Of a DNA stretch of 64,000 bases, positions 25,401 through 39,500 are shown piece after piece. Numbering within the stretch: the stretch's first letter is position 1; each line of letters starts with the position of its first letter. The translations under genes and the position numbers were made by a program. The notes below the pieces were generated by a model that was not told the DNA's origin, did no database searches, and worked only from the letters and a program-made list of their open reading frames with translations. The stretch spans positions 25,454,150 to 25,518,149 of the forward strand of contig NC_134026.1 of the NCBI RefSeq assembly GCF_964204645.1. The letters run 5' to 3'. This stretch comes from Tubulanus polymorphus. Its lineage: Eukaryota; Animalia; Nemertea.

Positions 25401-28316
25401 TTAGTGTTCTTGCTTTTTGTTATTATGTATAAGTCTCCATCACCACTGGAGGGAAAACAAACTATGACGTCATGAGCATATCTTCTATACGAGGGAAATC
25501 CCACAATAACTCAACCAAAGATGAAAAGTTCTTGAATAGAAGTGTAACTTCTATAGTAGATTGGCGTATCAAAATTGTTCGATGACGTCACGGCTGTGGT
25601 TTATAGGCAATTTTGCGAAGCCATACAATTTCAAAGATAGCATTAGTGTTTGCGTATGACTAAAAACAAAAACTCGAATCAAACGTTTTCCAGACGGGCG
25701 AAAACGCAATTTTATTTCAAGATTAAATCGTATGTTTATTCTGGAGAAAATCGACGACGAGTCTCGATACTCGAGATCGCAAAACGAAATCAGGTTCAAG
25801 GATTCTGCACACATGAAATTATAACAATCAAGTACTTCACCAATCAAAATGAAATTGCTGATTTCCAATTAAACTGAAGACGCTGAAGTTCAATTTTCAG
25901 CGATATGTCAACGGCACCAGGCGAAAACGTTTCCTGTTCTTTGAATATATGAAATAGTTAACACAGTTCTCTTCTGGGTTTTCAGGTCTGTTCGAAAACG
26001 ACGAGAGCCCGATGTACCGTTCTACGATAACCCTTACGAGCCCTTTTCTCATATATACCGAAACATGGAGACTTAATTCATTTCATTGTCACGGTTAAGA
26101 TGTACTTAAGACTCGAGGTCGAAACGTCAAAATATTAAGAAGTACAATAAATATCATCTTCATCAGGATGGGTTAAACATATTCGTGTCTATTTTGTTTA
26201 GTATGCTCACTTTCGTCATCTCAAAACTGGATTAAAGTTTTTTGCCGTGGAGTGTAAATGCACTCTGTCAACCCATGAGCGCAGAGATTTTTCGCTGACT
26301 TCACCCGTACGATTGCTCGATTCTAACGCCGCGAAAACAATTTCATTTTAAATTGGTATTCTCTTGCAAAATAGCTGAATCAGAAAAATGCGAGATTAAT
26401 TTAACAGTTTAGCCGAATGTAGGATGTAAAAACAACATTGACGCGCCGAATTGAATTTCTGCACAGATGAAGCCTCGATGACTTCATATTTCAACGGCGC
26501 TTTAAATCGGTGGTACCGGCGTTGCCAGTTGAATGAATCGAATTTTATTTGTGTTTTCCAGCGTTTAAAGAAAGCATCCACGCTGAAAATTTCATTTCAA
26601 ACCGAAGAAAAGAAGACATAACAGTTTCGACTGGAATTGAGTTTAAAATCGATATTTCTCCGTTTACCGATAATCGATGACTGATAGATGAACGTGACTG
26701 AAGTGAAGGCAAAAGGCTTCAACGACCACGAAACGGTTATCAAACTAAGGATTCCCTCTGCGAAATCTTTTCTAGAAATCAAATACTAATCGCGAACATC
26801 GACGGCGTTTCGACGAACAAAAAGATCTATTTATAACGATTGCGTTTTATGATTGAATTTTGCGAAAACTGAGAACCAGATGCCGAGTTTCGTAAGCTTA
26901 ATTCAAAAGTCCATATAGCCCACCTTGCAGCGCCGCTAATAAGGTTAATAAATGGCCCTAAACTATGACCGAATCCGACACCTTTTACAATGAATTCATA
27001 AACTTCGAGCATTCAAAAGCCATTTGCGGCTGGTAATTGATAATTTCCAGCAAACAATGCCGTCAAAATGGAACCTAAGGGCTGCGCGGTTCCCGGTAGA
27101 ATTTTCGCTTGGCGAATGATTGAATTTTTGTCTTTCGAACGATAATGGGCAAACCTCGAGGGGTCGAATCTATTTTAATGCAAAGACGCGGTCATATTTT
27201 AAGCCGGAGCCAAACCGAAAAACCAGGAAAGCGTACCGAGCCCCAAGAGCTTTAGAATCTGTCCCGACAGCGCTCACAAATTTCATATTTGTTAATGAAG
27301 CTATATAAGTCGAGATGTCAACATCGAACGTCAATTGTAAAGTGGCATTAAGCCGACTGGCGACATGAAGCATTGCGGTCTTATTCTTCATTAGCGAGCA
27401 GGTTTATTGACTTTTGAAAATGGATGACCCGCTCCGCACGAAAACATCAGTACCACGATAAACAGGCCGGTCTAAAACACGTCCTCGGTTGAAACAGAAT
27501 CGACAGGGTTCATAACGACCTTTCACGGTTTGTTGCCTATAATGGAATTGAAAGGGATTCGCCTATAAAACAAAGTACGTCGTTTGAAACCATATCCTCC
27601 CCTTAAGATAAGATACCATCTCTTATCATCGAATGAATGGAATTGTTTCAAGCATTAGGATAATTAAGATAATTTCAGCAGTCATACGGCGGAAACTCTC
27701 TGCGCTTGTCATATATAAAGATGAACCGATGCATTGGCTGCACCGGGATGATTGAACTAGTCCATTCAGCCGCTCGAATGCGGCCGATATCCATCCGTAT
27801 CAACGCCGAGCTAATCTATCAAAAAGAAACTTAATTATCGAGCTTAAAGAGTTTTTGCGTATTCCATAACGATGTGTTGCATGTTGGGCTTCATTTAACA
27901 CACCGATGCGATAAATCCATGTCCAGTAAATAAAAGCGTATTGATGACATCGTCGCCGGTAAACTTGTATTTTATTGCAGTGAAACTATTCAGGACAGTA
28001 ATAATTTCAAATGAACTATTAGACCGGGTGTCAATGGCGGCATGCAATATGGCTATCAGCCTTCACACCGCAGATGGCTTTTCGATGATAAAGGATGATA
28101 ATTGCTAATTTTGCAATAAAAAGCGTTATAAAAATTCGAGTTTCTAATTTTTTGCTAGAAATCCTACCAGGTTTACGGAAACGGCCAGACAGCTAGTCTG
28201 AAGACGAAACTAATGATTTAGAAAATGTGAAACGGCGTCGAGTTCATTCGGTCTGAAAGGGCGAAACGAATGTTGTTATTTTCTTGAAAATTAAAGTTTC
28301 GTTGGGCACTAGGAGG

Positions 28317-28412
28317 TACTGCCATCTCGCGCGAACTGGTGGAACTAACCACCACTGTCAACACGTCTTCGAACGCTTTCGGAGATCATCACACACAACG
28401 CAGATGGCGATG
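28317..28412. promoter_or_regulatory. Divergent pair of CTCF-like motifs
   Basis: Minus-strand CGCGCGAGATGGCAGTA (28333-28317, with TAGTTCC upstream as in the extended CTCF motif) and plus-strand CAACGCAGATGGCGATG (28396-28412). Confidence 0.5.
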
Positions 28413-28549
28413 AACAATATTAATCCGAAATTATGAGATTAGATTGTATCAAAAAATGGAGAACTTGAAGAATATTCTGATTTAACAAATTTGAGGTTTA
28501 TGTCATTAAAAGAGAAGTAACGTTTTCGACAGCAGTAACAGTATGAAAA

Positions 28550-28582
28550 GTAAGACACGGAAGCAGTATGAAAAGTAAGACA
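28550..28582. repeat. Local direct duplication of CAGTATGAAAAGTAAGACA (first copy begins ~28540)
   Basis: The 19-mer occurs twice, about 24 bp apart. Confidence 0.8.
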
Positions 28583-28849
28583 TTTTATAGCTTGTATCAG
28601 AGCTGTGTAAAATCAAACTTCATAATTCAAAATGTGATCCGCATCTTCTAATATATTCGAAGCGATACATATATACGCGCGAGAACGTCTTTTAGATCCC
28701 CATAACATCGTCAATGTCGGAAAGTATTTAACTTCTTATTTCTAATGACTTCGTTTTTCGACAATGTTGACAGATGTGGTTGTAATTAGGAAAGTTTTGT
28801 CGGACGGATATTTTGCGGTTAATACATAATCCAGCGCTGTCTGGAGCGG

Positions 28850-29053
28850 AGTGACAGCGTGACAACTGATAGCACAGTGTGACACAGCGCGGCTTGTAGC
28901 CGAGAAATAGACTCAAACGTTCCCCGGTGATCGATGGGAATTTCAAAATCTCGGGCCAAAGTTCGAAACCGGAGTAATCCGACCGGGCTGAATTAGCGAC
29001 TGAGAAATGCCTGAAATAAACTGTCAAATCATCGTTTTTGACGTTATCAGAAG
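28850..29053 (+). other. Candidate plus-strand first exon (start approximate), with ATG 29007 giving MPEINCQIIVFDVIR and a phase-2 end
   Basis: GC-richer stretch about 450 bp right of the CTCF-like pair, ending in the donor AAG|GTAATA. Confidence 0.3.
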
Positions 29054-30397
29054 GTAATATTGTCAGAGCGAGGACAGACGAGTGCTATTAGGACAGTCTG
29101 TGAGAACTACATTCGCAAAATACATACAGGCTCGACGCGTTTTCTCTGGGGAGATGGCGATAACAAAGTAATGAAAATCATATAATCACTTAATCACTTT
29201 ATTAAATACCTTGTATATGAGAGAAAAGTCTTCTTGTCAGCTGCGTAAGAGGCCGGGCTTATGAAAGGTCCCTCTACGCAGTCTGTTAGGCCTCAAGGGG
29301 TTAAACATTAGTAATTCGAACGAACGTGTTTCCGACGCTTTCATTTCACAAAATTTCTCAAACACCTCGGCGTTTTGCGCGGTCCCATGTGTCTGTACCA
29401 TCGGTTGACGCATCAATTTATTACGACGGCAATCGCAATTTCAGTTTAGCCGACGCGGATGCCACCTTCGCAGCTGGCCCCGTCATTACGAAATACGAAA
29501 TAAAAAAGAAGATACCGAGGTTTTTGTCGAACATTTAATACTTCAATTTACAATACTATACGAGAAAATACACATTTATAATCGAGCGAAAGATGTGTTT
29601 ATTTGAAAGATGTTTCGTTCTAATTGCGCTCCTTCCACGTAATAAACACCGCAGAAGAAACATAAACATTTTTCACGCGAGTCTCATTTCGGTGTTTAAT
29701 GGCGAATGCAGCTGCAGCGAAAACAAATTTCACCAGGTCGTTATCAAAGTTAATATTTGTTTCAAAGTCGTTACTGTTCAAATTAATTGAACAGCGAGCA
29801 TTAATATCAATATATTTACAACAGGCAATCAGTCACCTCAAATGCGAACGGGATCCTTTTTTAATTTTGTGGCGAAAAGAAAATTTGTTGAAATAGTAAT
29901 TCCTACAGTGCAATTGCACTTTTATAGCCAGACACAGGCGTGCACAAACACTGGATACGATTTACTACGATAAAAGGTTTATTAGATGCACCAATACTGA
30001 TAAATAGAACTACAAAGCTGTATCTATAATTTTCTAAATCGCATTATATCTGTCCGTCGAAAACTATATATACTACGACTGCAAAATCAGATATTGTTTG
30101 GATCTAATTCGGCTACTGCCTCGGTATTAATTTCAAATCACTGATGACCCGCGGACAAAAGTTATGATTCAGTTACGTATAGTTTACGAACGAAAAGCCG
30201 CGTAGATCAACTGCAAATTAGATTAGCATAACTCAAGGACCGTTTGAATTCACCTGGACCTCACAGCGTTACGAATGACCATAAAAAATCTTTCGTCGAG
30301 ACAATGGTCTAGCGGTTAAAGTTCTTCATAAGATATTTGGGTTCATTGATAAAGATTAAGGACAACTCAGAAGGCAATAAACAAGAAAACTAACTTG

Positions 30398-30806
30398 AAA
30401 GTTTGACACCTCAAAAAAGTAACACATATACAATGCCTAATATCATCGGCAATGAATGATATAATAATATTACACTACGGATCTATAGTTATTTTGAATT
30501 TGAATATTATCGACGGTTGAATCGAATTGACCGGCAACCTGTCTAACCAGTTTAGTCCCAATATTCATGAAATAGAGCACATCCACTCAAAATTCATCAT
30601 TAATAAGACATGAAAACTTATCATCTTAGGAGTCATGGAATATATTTAATTACAAAATGAATGCCAAAGTTCACAATTGAAATTCTTATTTTGGAACGTC
30701 AATATTGATGACGTAGATCACATAAACTCACACAGTACCCCTTAAATAACGTATACTAGGTACCGATGTGTATAAACATTATTGTAACGGTTTTCACGGC
30801 GTCAAT
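30398..30806 (+). mobile_element. MITE family B, full-length copy
   Basis: Shares the blocks CGAATTGACCGGCAACC, TTACAAAATGAA, TGATGACGTAG, CTCACACAGTACCC and CATTATTGTAACGGTTTT with 43418-43876. Imperfect terminal inverted repeats (TTTGACACC / GGCGTCAA). Confidence 0.85.
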
Positions 30807-33800
30807 AAAACCATTTCGTCTGAGAAATCTCTAAGTAACACGCGATGATCGGATTTAAATCAAATTCAAACATCAATCTATGTTTTACACGGCGACCGCA
30901 CCGAGATGACGAATGGAAACATGTGAACTAACACGGTTTTTACACACGACGTCATCCTTAAACAGCAGAACACGAGAAACCGATAACAACAACTACTGCG
31001 GCAATCATCGCTTTCAATTTCAATTGATTGAAATCACAAGGCGTCGCGACTCAGTCGAGTGTAATACGAGAAACAGAAACACGTTTTATTAATGTTTACT
31101 TAGCATCATCAAGAATTAACCCTATACCAGCTACAAGCGGTTAAAAGACATACACGTTATTGATCGCAGACAGAAACTGTATTTCATTGCTGTTCATCTG
31201 AAACAACTGAGCTCACAGATTTAAACTTTGCTAATAACAATGACCTAATTTTCAACGATACTTCACCTGCAGCGCCGATCGTGTTGGGAATGATGCCCTT
31301 ATAAATCAAGGTGTACCCGCTGCTGCAGAACGTGCACGCACAATTTCAAAGAAACGTCCTCATAAATTCTCGGGTCAATTTCTACGCGCAGCGTCCCCGG
31401 GGAGATGAACGCCGGATTTCATGCGAATCCCACTGACCCAGGCACGATTTCAGTAAACCGTTTTTCAGACTACATTAGCTTAAAAGCATGAATGGTCACC
31501 ATATTATACGTCCATTTGTCTCGACGATTTAACATTGAAATCGAATTATTTACCGACCTACGCTGACTCATCTGCGATATGGACTCGACGTGGCGTGTAC
31601 TAGAAAAAAACGAACTTAATTCACTGACCAATCTCCATTACATCACACACACCTCACGACTTGAAGCCGGCGCAGCAAATTTAATCCCGGCGACGAACGT
31701 CTACGCATACAAAAACGTCCATTTCCGAGTTTTCATCATAAAATTGGCGAATTTAGATTATGCGAACTGGTCCACATGGAGCAGGTAGATAAATCATGGT
31801 GGCGATGATTTCAACCATTACGTTATTGTCGGGTCATAGTTTCAGCAATAAATCATATACGAGAAACCGAACCGGATCGCAAAGAAAATTCATTTACGTT
31901 TCTGGATATTTAAGGCGGAAAATTGTAACGTATGAATCCCGAGGGGTTCGTTTCAGTGACTTGAGACCATTACCAATACGACTTTATCGAACCAAGATTC
32001 AAAATAATGGACGAGATCTAATGGACAACGATGTTAGTAGCTGAAAAGAGTCGTGTTTTGGAATTCCCATTTCTAAGCGATCGCTGTCAATTTATCATAT
32101 TAATTAGATGAAGTCATTTAGCCACCATCTGCACCATCCCATAAGAATTTCCAACAATTTCCACGTTCATATCCTTTTCACGTCCATTCATACTTTTTTC
32201 TCTCTGAGAAGAACACTGAAATGCTAAATTACCATGTTCAGGTCGTAGAAACTCGGACGACCGGCTTAGGAGAAACTTACACACTGAAGCACGAAAAGCG
32301 CCGCGAGTAAAACATGTCGGCATTTCCCATCATCATTCTGGTGCTATAGGCATTTTCTAAACACGATATCTTTTAAACTCCTTCATCGCTTCTTTATCGA
32401 CGAACTAAGAAGCAATAAACTCCGGGTCGTGTAACTTCTTTAAATACGTTATATTTGTAAGTGTCGGTGCGCGCGCGTATCCCTAAGATATGACAACGTT
32501 TTAATTCGAAGAACGAAGAAAATTAGGAAAGCTATCTGATTTTTCCTTCTCTAACTGAGCGTCCTAGGGCTAGTTGAAATATGTCACGAGCTTGAACACG
32601 GTATGAACATCATATTTACGCGTCCCAAGGAAGGCTTTCCCAGTGCAGCTCCGGGGGACACTAAATTAGCAAATAAATACGCTAAAATTACCTGAATCCA
32701 GAGTTTCGCTACCGACTAGCCCGTGGACATACGAGAATTATCATTTTACCATCAATAAAATTGACATCTTTTTCGCGAAATGAAATCCAAGTCGAACGAG
32801 CTATTTCACGTGAGGAGGAAATTTAGAGAAACAAAGGATTTCGAGGTGCTTCGGGCAGCACTGTCATTCGTGCCTTTAATCACATTAAGTTGGATAATAA
32901 TTCCATCTGAAGGCCGCGGGCGAACCAGGTAAAAGATTCATTCAGCAAAATGCAGCAGTTTTATTCGTGCAGTTTTATTCACAGCAAATTGAGATAACTG
33001 TAGATTTGAATACCAATTCCAGGCGAATAAATGGACCGTGAACGGTCAAAATTCAAAAGATAAATGAGTTTAGACTAGAATTTTCTTCTGGAATGCACGT
33101 TAGTTCCTCCGAGGCTCGCTGCCCGAGACAAACCGGATCTATATAATGGCTCGTACAATTATGAATCATATACAATTTGACGTGTTCAGTTTTAATGCTA
33201 TTTTCATGGCGGTCACGATCCATTCATCCATCATTGAAAGGCTCAAGTGATCGCATCGATTGGAAGCTATCTAAATTTCACATTACAGTCCATCGATACA
33301 CAGAAAATATGCTATAAAATGGAGTGCATAGTGATCTCTGATTAGATTTTACGAGCATATATAAATTTGGCGAGTTCATTTTAGTGCAAGCGATTGAGTG
33401 GACAAACAAGTTTATACCACCAGAACCACAGTATCTATAGTCAGACTGAGGCGTCAGTCAGCGCTTTTTCCAGAATCCGAAAAGGAGTGCCAAGCTTGTT
33501 TCTAATTAAGCTATGAAATAAGAAAATGCAGTATTCATTTTGAAACAAACAAACTCTTTACATTTTGACCAAGTTGCAACTGGAAAAACACAATACACCG
33601 AGATCGAATTTGGAAGATAAATTTCCTGTGATGACAAAAAGTCCAAAAACTAGGCGCTCTTCAGCACTTTCAGGACGTCAGCTTAACAGTTAGCACTAAT
33701 TAGGGTCTATCCTAAATATTTCCAAGTCAATCAAGCACTTTTCAGGAATTGTCAGACTAGCTACAAACCCTGAGAACTTCAATTTCTAAACGATTTCAAC

Positions 33801-34500
33801 AGAGTGCGGATCGAATTTGACCATTTATCGATAGTTTTTTTTCACGCCAATTCTTCAAAGAGCGACGATAATGCGTTCAGCATTTTACTGAACGACATAA
33901 TCTAACGAAGAAAGGAAATGAGTGTTTTAGAAAAGCTTAGATGGTCGAGTCGGGGGCTTTACGAACATCCATAAAATATCAGCGATGAAGTAATTACGAG
34001 TTCCTTTTATGGCGTTCAGTTTACGATGCCGTTTTCATGATTTGGAAATTTTTCAATCTCCACCGAGCCCCGGTTGCCTTGATTAAAGCGCCGGTATTTT
34101 ATGCTGCCGTTTATTGCAAAATCGGATCAAAGCAACGACCGCAATTAATATCCTTATTTTAATGAGAGATTTTCCTTCGACTCGTAAGTCATGTGCCGGC
34201 GAGTGTCCACGCATTTAAGAAATTTGATTTCTAGCTTAATTACCAGACTTAACTAGATCATAAATATGTCAAAATTACAAAATTACGTCATAAAATACGA
34301 GGTGCATCACTTTCATACGGACTTAGATGATGTAAGCGAAAAACGATTCCACGAGAATAGCCGCAGAGCCTATAATACCTCAACTAACTACAAGATTATT
34401 AAATGCGAATTGAAATCTTAATGAAGATTGCTCGGCGTTCGTGCGTAATCTTTATCAGTGATTTCGGATCTCCGAATATACCGTATAGATCGGAACTCAC

Positions 34501-34585
34501 CGTCTAGAATTCTACGAATTCTTTTTTTCGACATGACTTCAAGATGTTCCATGCATCGTCTTTTCAATTCGATTCTCGGCATTCC
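34501..34585 (-). CDS. CAAP1: CAAP1 coding exon 3 (GMPRIELKRRCMEHLEVMSKKRIRRILD-G), second half of the CAAP1 domain
   Basis: Acceptor cctcttttcag|, donor G|GTGAGT, 85 nt, phase 0/1. Resembles the recalled CAAP1 segment EEIKKLCQEQLELLSEKKILKILEG. Too short to appear in the ORF track. Confidence 0.92.
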
Positions 34586-36350
34586 CTGAAAAGAGGAACG
34601 GAGAACTGGCGATTCATAACAGCACGAAAATTGTGTTCTCCATACTTTCTAATCTTTTTTTTACATTGTCTAAAACTCGAACCACATCAAAAAGAGAAAT
34701 GTACTAAACGCCACGTCCGCTGAAGATAGAGATTAAAGAGATTTCTTTTCCGTCTTTAATAATTCAGTTGTTTTGGATGAATTCATCAATTAATTGTCTT
34801 TCTCTTTGAATATTTAGACTGATCGTCTTGCAGCATCGTAAAATGGCGATAATGGCTTTAATTTCACCAAAACGGAACCTTTCAACCAAGAATCCGGAGC
34901 CACCCCGGTAGAAAAAGTACCGCAATTAACTGAATGGAAAACATAAAGTCGTCGCGATAAGGGTCATTTAAGTGCTAAATGGCGATTCATCTTCATTTAA
35001 GGGGGCGAAATTTGTTTGGAATGCGAACCTTGAAATTTACATCGGTGGCGTCAATTTCCTGCGCCGCGACAGCGTGCGGTCATAAAAAAGACAATCAGAT
35101 TCATTTCGTGAAACGAATGAAATGATGAATGAATAAAAAAAAGTTCGGACGCGCGCACGATTTCGAAAACTATGCAAATCGGAACCGCTATCGCGACGCA
35201 CGGGGCTTTTTATCGTCGGGAAGAGCGAGGCGAACCTCTAATGGTCGGATTAGAAAAAGATACACATTTGATTACAAAGATTGGAAAAGCTGGTTAAGAT
35301 AATGCGTACTCGTTTGTCAAACTACGAATAAAACGCACGTACTGTCGACATTAAGGAACACATTTAGCGCAAACTCTTCAAACGAATGAAAGCAATTCAA
35401 TTACTATATTTAAAGAGTGTATTAAGAATTTCAGGCTCTGTGTCCTGATAAGTAGAATTCATTAGAAGCTTTCAAAGCTCGGCACAAAAGACTTCCCATT
35501 ATAATTTATCTTAATTCAAGCCACTTATACCGGAGTGAATTTATTTGACAACTGAGTTTTGAGTAAGCCAGTACATCAGGAACGTTCAGAGGATCTAGTT
35601 TAGGGTCTGCCCCGGAGAGGCAATTTGCTCAATGGCATTTTCAAATTGATTACAGAATGCTTAAGGAACTATGGAACATACATTTTGTTGTTGTGAAACA
35701 GGCTTTCGCCGTGCTAAATGGAGGCCGACCTATCATATCTAGCAGTCTCCAAAAAATCTCAAAACGATAAGTTACTCCTAAACCGGATAATACGTATTTT
35801 CTATCTTGATTGATCGGTTCAATTTCAAACAAATTGGTTCCCGCAAAATTCTGAACAACATCGCCGTTCACGCGGGGCAATTGAGGGTGATACCTTTATC
35901 TGGTTATATTCTGTTAACATTAATGGCGTGTCAATATCAAACCCGGCGTTCGTATAGTTGATGCAAATATCATTGTGGGATAAACATCGAATTCACATAT
36001 CGGCGAATCCCGCGCGGGGCAATTTCAAAATTCGTCCAATCTGTTTGGATAAATACGTCATTTTACGGCCATTACACGAAAGCCCAGCGACGACTGAAAT
36101 AGCGAATTTAATGAGCGACGAGATTAAATTCTCGTTACGCCGTTAAAATATGAGACAGCTTTGAAAATGGCCGTTTCGTAAATCTGATCTGACTGATTAT
36201 CAATTGTGATTGAAGTATTTTTCGGCGAGAGGCCTTGAAATCAATCATCAACTGACTGTTAGTCGGCGTTCAACGATCTGGCGTCTGCATCATAACAACA
36301 ACCATTTTACCTCGTCCAGCTTTTCAGGGATAGTAGTTAGCAATACATAC

Positions 36351-36515
36351 CCTTAAAACTTCTGGTATCAGACCCAACAGAGTCGGGCCTTTCACTGCGC
36401 GGAACATTTCATCGAGCATCTGCTTGCGATCTTTCACGTAGAAACCGATATTCTTAAGATCTTTAACGAGGTCAAGGTCGGAATCTTTATCAGATTTCTT
36501 GACCTTTTTCACAAC
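36351..36515 (-). CDS. CAAP1: CAAP1 coding exon 2 (VVKKVKKSDKDSDLDLVKDLKNIGFYVKDRKQMLDEMFRAVKGPTLLGLIPEVLR), first half of the CAAP1 domain
   Basis: Acceptor atttcag|, donor AGG|GTATGT, 165 nt, phase 0/0. Resembles the CAAP1 core as I recall it (LKPVSYYISDKKEMLQQCF...MLPDVLK). Confidence 0.9.
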
Positions 36516-39500
36516 CTGAAATATTAAAACGAGACGAAAATGGTATCATTGCAAGAAGGTGGTTGGGTAGTTTCAAACTTAATTATTCATAACGACAACT
36601 GACGGTTTTAGTTTGCTGTCTGCCAATTGCGAATGGTTTTTACAGTCCGTACGAACTAACCCGTGAAAATAAATGCTGTTGAAATGGCATATGGCTTGAC
36701 GGGCTGAAATGACATTTATACCCCGGGAGAGAACTTTAAAATCCACAACTCTAGAGAATTTATTTTGCCGATTGCCGATTTCACGATTTCCATCGGGCCA
36801 TTGCCTCAGCGATAACGTTATTACGGCCGCGGTACAGAATAAAATATTTAAAACGCTTCGACGGAATTTTGTTTGCTTTCACTGTAACCGCCGGTCCCCG
36901 CGGACGGAGAATTTTCCAGTCCTCATTATCGCTTCTCAAAATAACGGGTTCTAATACGGCAAATGGAAAAATAATGACGAGTAATGCACCAGTGAGCTCT
37001 GACCGACTAAATTCTGCAAACAAACCAGGTTCCAACGCATCAAAATCAAATGTTAATTGCGCAGTATAAATAATGGCTCATGCAAACCGACAAGTCGCTG
37101 GCGAAAATTTGATAAAATTCCACTTAATATTTCAAGCTAGTGTTTGTCTTCACTCATCATCTATTTCTCATTTCAACGGAAAAAGCTAACACGAGTAAGC
37201 CTACCGCGTCGACTGATAATGAAATTCAATTACGGCCAGTCATTAGAGCGTGTCCTATAATTCTGACGATCAAATTAAAAATAAACAAAAAGACCCAGGC
37301 CGCCATTATGTAATGAAATAAAATTGAATCGCTCGCTCGGAGATCACCGGGGTGATCGCTCGCGCGGCGCTTCGTGCCGTGGTTTCATAAACAGACAGCA
37401 TCGTCAAAAACAGATTCACTACGATCAAAATGAAAACTGACTGTCTGAGAGTAAATATTGCGACGCAGGGGCAAAAAGATTCGACAAGAGTTCAATGTTC
37501 CAGCGGTAATTCACAACCGAGAAAACGCGTCGATTCAATACAATTTACTAATGCGGCCGGCGTTAACGAATCTATTTGAATGAAATGAGAAGGTGCGAGT
37601 AAAAGTTTCGATGGCTAGAACGGATTCGAAGAGTTGTCGATGTTTTAAATCTAGTGTCGATTTAGTAAAACGTTAGAGACAGATAGTACTAAATAGGTAA
37701 ACTAACTTTATTTTAGACGAGCTTACGCTACTGATGTATAGTAGCAAAAGCTCGTACCTTAGATAAAACTGGTTTACCTAAAGTATCATATGACTCTACC
37801 TTTAACTAGAATGGATTTTGGAAAACACGGAAAATTGGACCACACAATCATCGGCATCACATATCTCCTAATTCTTCCTGACGTCCGGCAGTTGAATTCA
37901 AGTGTCCGGACTATTAAAAACACCACGGTCAGTATATCGAACGGGCATACATCCGCTTGATTTTCATACATTGCAACGATATCTCGCTGTTTTATGGCTT
38001 TAGAAGTCATTAATTTTCCGGAAGATGACCGCTCATTTCCTGCATCTGTCATTTCAGATGGAAGAAAAATTTGATTCGCAGTCCTAACCGCCAGAGATCG
38101 ACATATATCTCATCTGGACACTGGTCAGGCTGCACCTGACACTCGCATATACGACACGATTATCCTCGCAACGAAGATTCGCCATGATATGATTTTTGAA
38201 GATGGAAGGCCACACTTTTTCGGGAACAGTTTATATCAAACGCAGGCAAAGCACAAAATTTTTCCCCACATCAATTCTGAGAAGTATTAGCAGCGGATTC
38301 GAACTGATGCACCCCAACAACATTGAAACATTCTTTGAAATAATGATGAAAAACTGTTTTAAAAGATTTCCTTCTGTACAACACCATTAAGAGCTATTCC
38401 ATCGTCTATTAACACGCATTTTCTAAACAAACATAAAACACCTAGAAAATGAAAGTGATCGACAATGAATAGAAAAATGTCATCTGGAAACTTAATCAGA
38501 ACTATGTACGGGCAGTTTGGCTCGTACTTCAAACTGCGGAATACTCATCTGTGGAAAGCAAACCTTAACATGTAAAGTGAATTGACGTGTAAATTTTCAC
38601 ATTTGTAGACCTACTCAAGTGGATGATGTCCGAAAGAAATGCGCGGTCCCTCCGGTAAGGTCAGTTTATTGGCTTGTCAAAGCAACGGTCAGCGTTGCCA
38701 TGGAAACACTCATATTAATATGTTCTTGTTAGTTTTGCTTTTAAGTCAAACGTGGCGTCTTAGAGGAGAAATTGGATGTTGGCTAAAATTATGGAAAGAA
38801 GTCTCGGACGAAGACGACCAACGGAGATCGAACGAGTGACATCGCATCAGCCTCGAGTCAGCGGTCATAAAATCCCTCAATGGCCAGCCGCATCAATTTG
38901 TTTATCAAAGGCTTACTCTAATCTTCTCTGAAGTTTGAAACATCCACAGGGAATTGGTGGCTTGACCAGCGAGCGCTTGAACGCGGCAAAAAGTGAAGGA
39001 TTTGTCCATTAACTGATGGCCCATAATCTGGTTTCTAGAAATACTCAAAGGACAGTCGAAAAAATAATACACTCTGATTTGTAATCTGCGTTTTTTTTCC
39101 AAAAGCGTCATCCACGTGAATGGACTATGAACAAATAACATTTTTCGACCCGGCGAAACATCATAATCATTAATGATTCACAGTACACGAACACAAGTTA
39201 TGACTTGATGAGATCAGGGGCCATCGGAGGAATGGTATAAAGGGCAAAAACAGTAACGACCGCCCCAAAAGTTATAACGAAAATATCAATAAAAATCTAT
39301 GGATACAGAAGGTTCGTCGTAACTGATGAAAGAAATTCAAGATTTTCGACAAGATTTCTAGTTGGTGGCGTAATTTCTGAGTGGGAGTAGAAGTTTTCTC
39401 TGCAGACACTTTTTCTTCAGCCGATGCGACGAAAGACGACAAAAAACAGCGGTGAAAATTATCGAATGGTCAGTTATCTCACGACACGAGGAAATAAGTT

